Shown here in pieces: positions 20,913-24,912 of a stretch of 24,912 bases of DNA (positions are counted from its first letter, which is position 1; the number at the start of each line of letters is the position of its first letter). The stretch spans positions 1 to 24,912 of the IMG/VR virus record IMGVR_UViG_2531839583_000011, one strand, 5' to 3'. Source of the stretch: a virus. Lineage: Duplodnaviria > Heunggongvirae > Uroviricota > Caudoviricetes. The translations under genes were made by a program, and so were the position numbers. The notes beneath the pieces were generated by a model. The model saw only the letters and a program-made list of their open reading frames with translations, was not told the origin of the DNA and did no database searches.

Positions 20913-22370
20913 ATGAATACATCTCATGTAAGAGTTGTTACTCATATGTGTGGGTTTCTGGTTTGGCTCTATAGTCTTTCAATGTTGCCACCAATGGTTG
21001 TAGCATTGTTTTATAAAGAAAAAAGCCTGTTCGTTTTCTTTATAACTTTCGTTATGTTTTTTTGCATTGGTGGCGGAGCGTGGTATACAACTAAGAAATC
21101 TGGCATTCAATTACGTACCCGTGATGGGTTTATTATAATTGTAATGTTTTGGATTTTGTTTTCTGTTATTAGTGCATTCCCTTTATGGATTGACTCAGAA
21201 CTTAATTTAACGTTCATTGATGCTCTGTTTGAAGGGGTTTCTGGAATAACAACAACAGGAGCAACTGTAATTGATGATGTTAGTTCATTACCTCGGGCAT
21301 ATTTGTACTATCGGTCACAGTTAAATTTTATAGGTGGTTTAGGAGTTATTGTTCTGGCGGTTGCTGTATTGCCATTATTGGGTATTGGTGGTGCAAAGCT
21401 TTATCAGTCAGAAATGCCGGGGCCATTTAAGGATGACAAACTCACTCCCCGCCTGGCCGATACGTCACGGACACTGTGGATAACTTATTCTTTATTAGGT
21501 ATTGCTTGTATTGTCTGTTATAGACTTGCAGGAATGCCTTTGTTTGATGCTATTTGTCACGGGATTTCCACAGTTTCGCTTGGTGGTTTCTCAACTCATA
21601 GCGAGAGTATCGGATATTTTAATAACTATTTGGTTGAGCTGGTGGCTGGTTCTTTTTCCCTGCTATCGGCTTTCAACTTCACTCTTTGGTATATTGTTAT
21701 TAGCAGGAAAACGATAAAACCTTTAATCAGAGATATTGAACTTCGTTTCTTTCTGTTAATAGCCTTAGGGGTGATCATTGTTACCTCTTTCCAGGTCTGG
21801 CATATAGGTATGTATGACTTGCATGGAAGTTTTATTCATTCGTTTTTTCTTGCCAGCTCCATGCTCACTGATAATGGTTTAGCTACGCAGGATTATGCAA
21901 ACTGGCCCACGCACACGATAGTGTTTTTGCTGTCGTCAAGTTTCTTTGGGGGATGTATAGGTTCAACTTGTGGTGGAATTAAGTCACTTCGATTTCTTAT
22001 ACTTTTCAAACAAAGCAAACACGAGATAAATCAGCTTTCTCATCCCAGAGCGTTGTTGAGTGTAAATGTAGGAGGGAAGATAGTTACAGATCGTGTAATG
22101 AGGTCTGTATGGAGTTTCTTTTTTCTTTATACTCTCTTCACGGTGTTTTTTATACTGGTGTTAAATGGTATGGGATATGATTTTCTTACATCATTTGCAA
22201 CAGTGGCTGCATGTATTAATAATATGGGATTAGGTTTTGGGGCTACTGCATCGTCATTCGGAGTGCTTAATGACATTGCAAAATATTTAATGTGCATAGC
22301 TATGATTCTTGGTCGCCTTGAAATTTATCCTGTTATTATATTGTTTTCAGGTTTTTTTTGGCGCTCCTAA
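20913..22370 (+). CDS. trkG: TrkG K+ uptake membrane protein (TrkH family), 485 aa from MNTSHVRVVTHMCGF
   Basis: Multi-pass hydrophobic protein, low-GC gene; length from internal ATG matches recalled K-12 TrkG; follows Rz/Rz1 as in Rac. Confidence 0.88.
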   Translation: MNTSHVRVVTHMCGFLVWLYSLSMLPPMVVALFYKEKSLFVFFITFVMFFCIGGGAWYTTKKSGIQLRTRDGFIIIVMFWILFSVISAFPLWIDSELNLTFIDALFEGVSGITTTGATVIDDVSSLPRAYLYYRSQLNFIGGLGVIVLAVAVLPLLGIGGAKLYQSEMPGPFKDDKLTPRLADTSRTLWITYSLLGIACIVCYRLAGMPLFDAICHGISTVSLGGFSTHSESIGYFNNYLVELVAGSFSLLSAFNFTLWYIVISRKTIKPLIRDIELRFFLLIALGVIIVTSFQVWHIGMYDLHGSFIHSFFLASSMLTDNGLATQDYANWPTHTIVFLLSSSFFGGCIGSTCGGIKSLRFLILFKQSKHEINQLSHPRALLSVNVGGKIVTDRVMRSVWSFFFLYTLFTVFFILVLNGMGYDFLTSFATVAACINNMGLGFGATASSFGVLNDIAKYLMCIAMILGRLEIYPVIILFSGFFWRS

Positions 22371-22456
22371 TATATGGCTGATTTATAATTGTGAGTTTAA
22401 TATTATATTGACTCACTCATTGATCCAATACCTAACTTTACCAGCAACACCTCCGC

Positions 22457-22488
22457 CCCCAGTAGCACTGGCTGCTGGGGTGCGTTTT
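22457..22488 (+). terminator. Imperfect GC hairpin (CCCCAG...CTGGGG) followed by TGCGTTTT, after trkG
   Basis: Read directly; stem has bulges. Confidence 0.4.
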
Positions 22489-22507
22489 ATTCATAAAGCA
22501 AGGCTGT

Positions 22508-23299
22508 ATGAGCGAGAAATTAAAGATAGTCTATCGCCCATTACAAGAATTGTCACCGTATGCGCACAACGCCAGGACGCACAGTACTGAGCAGGTGGCA
22601 CAACTGGTAGAAAGTATTAAGCAATTCGGCTGGACTAATCCGGTGCTGATTGACGAAAAGGGCGAAATTATTGCGGGTTACGGTCGTGTTATGGCGGCTG
22701 AAATGCTCAAAATGGATTCTGTTCCGGTCATTGTTCTGTCTGGCCTGACGGATGAGCAGAAAAAGGCGTACCGCCTGGCAGATAATCGCCTGCCGATGAA
22801 TGCTGGCTGGGATGAAGATCTGTTGCGGATGGAGCTGTCGGACCTAATCAATGCTGATTTTGATGTCTCCCTGACAGGCTTCATCCCGACAGAAATTGAT
22901 GAACTGTTGACGGATGTTTTGCCCGGTACAGGAAATGAGGAGGAGCCGTATACGACGAAAATTGATACGCCTGTTTATGAGCCGTCGGGCGGTAAACCGG
23001 ATATCAGTGAACTGTACGACGATACGAAAACTCAGGAGCTGATCAGCCGGATACGTTCGGCGTCCCTTGAGCCTGATATTGAGAAATTCCTCCTGTGTGC
23101 GGCAGAACGTCACACGGTGTTTAATTTCAGCAGAATTGCGGACTATTACGCTCACGCCCCCTCTGAAATTCAGTGTTTTTTCGAGGAGTCGGCGCTGGTG
23201 ATCATTGATTATCAGCAGGCTATTGAAAATGGATTTGTCCGGATGACGCAGCGCATGGTGGAGATCATGCATGGTGGTGAGGAGGAGGAATATGCGTGA
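22508..23299 (+). CDS. ynaK: ParB-like nuclease-domain protein, 263 aa (full-length form of the K-12 ynaK/ydaY fragments)
   Basis: N-terminal ParB/Srx-like region ...NPVLIDEKGEIIAGYGRVMAA...; AAGG Shine-Dalgarno; stop overlaps next start. Confidence 0.65.
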   Translation: MSEKLKIVYRPLQELSPYAHNARTHSTEQVAQLVESIKQFGWTNPVLIDEKGEIIAGYGRVMAAEMLKMDSVPVIVLSGLTDEQKKAYRLADNRLPMNAGWDEDLLRMELSDLINADFDVSLTGFIPTEIDELLTDVLPGTGNEEEPYTTKIDTPVYEPSGGKPDISELYDDTKTQELISRIRSASLEPDIEKFLLCAAERHTVFNFSRIADYYAHAPSEIQCFFEESALVIIDYQQAIENGFVRMTQRMVEIMHGGEEEEYA

Positions 23300-23990
23300 T
23301 GATTTTTGCGCCTTTATTCTGACTCACGGGCGACCGGACAAAGTTCTGACTTACCGGACGTTGCGTCGTGCTGGCTATACCGGGAAAATTTTTATCGTTG
23401 TTGATGATGAAGATAAGACACGGCATCAGTACATGGCTGAATTTGGTGAACAGGTGCTGGTGTTTTCCAAAGCCGATATCGCCAGTCGTTTTGACGAAGC
23501 CGATAATTTCTGTGACCGCCGCTCAATTTTTTACGCCCGTAATGCCTGTTTCGACCTGGCAAAACTGGTCGGGTGTAAATACTTCATTCAGCTCGATGAT
23601 GATTATCACGAGTTCCAGTTTCGGGTGGATCGCAACTATGACCAGGCCTATTTTCCGATAAGGAAACTGGATGCGATCCTTTCTGAAATGCTGGCGTACT
23701 ACGAATCAATACCTGCTCTTTCCATCGCTATGTCGCAGGGCGGGGATTTTCTTGGTGACAATGGCGGCCATGCTTCGTGGGTGAAACGCAAGGCAATGAA
23801 CAGCTTTATCTGTTCGGTTGATCGACCGTTCTCATTCATGGGGCGCATTAACGAGGATGTGAATACGTACACGAATCTCGGTCGCTGTGGTGAATTGTTT
23901 ATGACGATCGGTGCTGTCCAGTTAGGGCAGAAACAGACGCAGAAAAACAGCGGCGGAATGACCGAGCTGTATCTGGATTCCGGAACGTGA
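23292..23990 (+). CDS. Hypothetical protein, 232 aa from [18 protein letters not shown]
   Basis: ATG at 23292 after GAGGAGGAGG; ORF in track 23271-23990; no family recognised. Confidence 0.5.
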   Translation: MRDDFCAFILTHGRPDKVLTYRTLRRAGYTGKIFIVVDDEDKTRHQYMAEFGEQVLVFSKADIASRFDEADNFCDRRSIFYARNACFDLAKLVGCKYFIQLDDDYHEFQFRVDRNYDQAYFPIRKLDAILSEMLAYYESIPALSIAMSQGGDFLGDNGGHASWVKRKAMNSFICSVDRPFSFMGRINEDVNTYTNLGRCGELFMTIGAVQLGQKQTQKNSGGMTELYLDSGT

Positions 23991-24487
23991 ATGCGAACTC
24001 CGGGACGCTCAACAACGTCACGATTAACGAGAACTGTCGGGTTCTGGGAAAACTGTCCGCCAACCAGATTGAAGGCGATCTCGTTAAAACAGTGGGCAAA
24101 GCTTTCCCCCGGGACTCCCGTGCACCGGAACGGTGGCCATCAGGGACCATCACCGTCAGGGTTTATGACGATCAGCCGTTTGACCGGCAGATTGTTATTC
24201 CGGCGGTGGCATTCAGCGGCGCTAAACATGAGCGGGAGAATAACGATATTTATTCGTCATGCCGCCTGATAGTACGGAAAAACGGTGCTGAAATTTATAA
24301 CCGTACCGCGCTGGATAATACGCTGATTTACAGTGGTGTTATTGATATGCCTGCCGGTCACGGTCACATGACACTGGAGTTTTCGGTGTCAGCATGGCTG
24401 GTAAATAACTGGTATCCCACAGCAAGTATCAGCGATTTGCTGGTTGTGGTGATGAAGAAAGCCACTGCAGGCATCACGATTAGCTGA
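23987..24487 (+). pseudogene. Possible C-terminal fragment of a tail fibre/host-specificity (J-like) protein; GTG-initiated frame, 166 codons
   Basis: No ATG or ribosome-binding site; frame begins at a frame junction with the upstream ORF; C-terminal segment ...[53 protein letters not shown] is tail-fibre-like from memory; lies immediately upstream of lom as the J 3' end does in lambda. Confidence 0.35.
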
Positions 24488-24507
24488 ATTTTTATAACCC
24501 AGATACG

Positions 24508-24531
24508 GGCGCCAGAAATGGCGCCTTTTTT
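24508..24531 (+). terminator. Intrinsic terminator GGCGCC-agaaat-GGCGCC plus TTTTTT
   Basis: Perfect 6-bp GC stem and T6 read directly. Confidence 0.7.
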
Positions 24532-24555
24532 ATTGCAGAAAAGCGAGAGGTAATT

Positions 24556-24912
24556 ATGCGTAAAGTTTATGCAGCTATTTTGTCCGCAGCCATCTGTCTG
24601 GCCGTATCAGGTACGCCTGCATGGGCGTCTGAACACCAGTCCACACTGAGCGCAGGGTATCTTCATGCCCGTACGAACGTACCCGGCAGCGATAATCTGA
24701 ACGGGATTAACGTGAAATACCGTTATGAATTTACGGACACGCTGGGGCTGGTGACGTCATTCAGTTATGCCAATGCCAAAGATGAGCAAAAAACGCATTA
24801 CAGCGATACCCGCTGGCATGAGGATTCCGTGCGTAACCGCTGGTTCAGCGTGATGGCGGGGCCGTCTGTGCGCGTGAATGAATGGTTCAGCGCGTATGCG
24901 ATGGCGGGTGTG
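24556..24912 (+). CDS. lomR: Lom/Ail/OmpX-family outer-membrane protein, 5' part (119 codons; truncated by window end)
   Basis: Signal peptide MRKVYAAILSAAICLAVSGTPAWA then beta-strand-like alternating segments; GAGAGG Shine-Dalgarno; open to window end. Confidence 0.75.
   Translation, partial: MRKVYAAILSAAICLAVSGTPAWASEHQSTLSAGYLHARTNVPGSDNLNGINVKYRYEFTDTLGLVTSFSYANAKDEQKTHYSDTRWHEDSVRNRWFSVMAGPSVRVNEWFSAYAMAGV

Noticed and set aside
23991-24269. 92-aa ATG-initiated plus-strand ORF
   Set aside because: Overlaps the longer 166-codon frame in another reading frame; Arg/Ser/Thr-rich translation typical of an out-of-frame read.

Overview
This window reads as an Escherichia coli Rac-type lambdoid prophage, running from the integrase (stop codon at bases 1-3) to a Lom-family outer-membrane gene cut off by the window end. 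It is recognised from recalled protein sequence and gene order only; no search was run. Left arm, minus strand: intR, xisR, ydaC, ralR, recT, recE, racC, ydaE, kilR, ydaG, ydaF, with sieB on plus. Immunity switch: racR divergent from ydaS-ydaT, with repeated GTACT-type operator motifs on both sides. Replication module: ydaU (O-like) and ydaV (DnaC-like), with three perfect 19-bp palindromes at ydaU. The nin-like region carries a low-GC island (about 11.8-17.0 kb): a divergent TetR-family regulator and a translationally coupled operon of adenosine-deaminase-fold, Ham1/ITPase-like and SIR2-like genes. This is the main finding; it matches the gene content I recall for the Kongming (KomABC) anti-phage system, and the recalled name and attribution are unverified. 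Right arm: DUF1367-like, YbcO-like, Q-like antiterminator, tRNA-Thr(UGU) and tRNA-Gly(UCC), a phage-21-type lysis cassette (pinholin, SAR endolysin, Rz/Rz1), trkG, a ParB-like gene, two ORFs of uncertain identity and lom. No head, tail or terminase genes are present, so the prophage is defective. No CRISPR array or IS element was seen. All coordinates were derived by eye; promoter and terminator calls are tentative.
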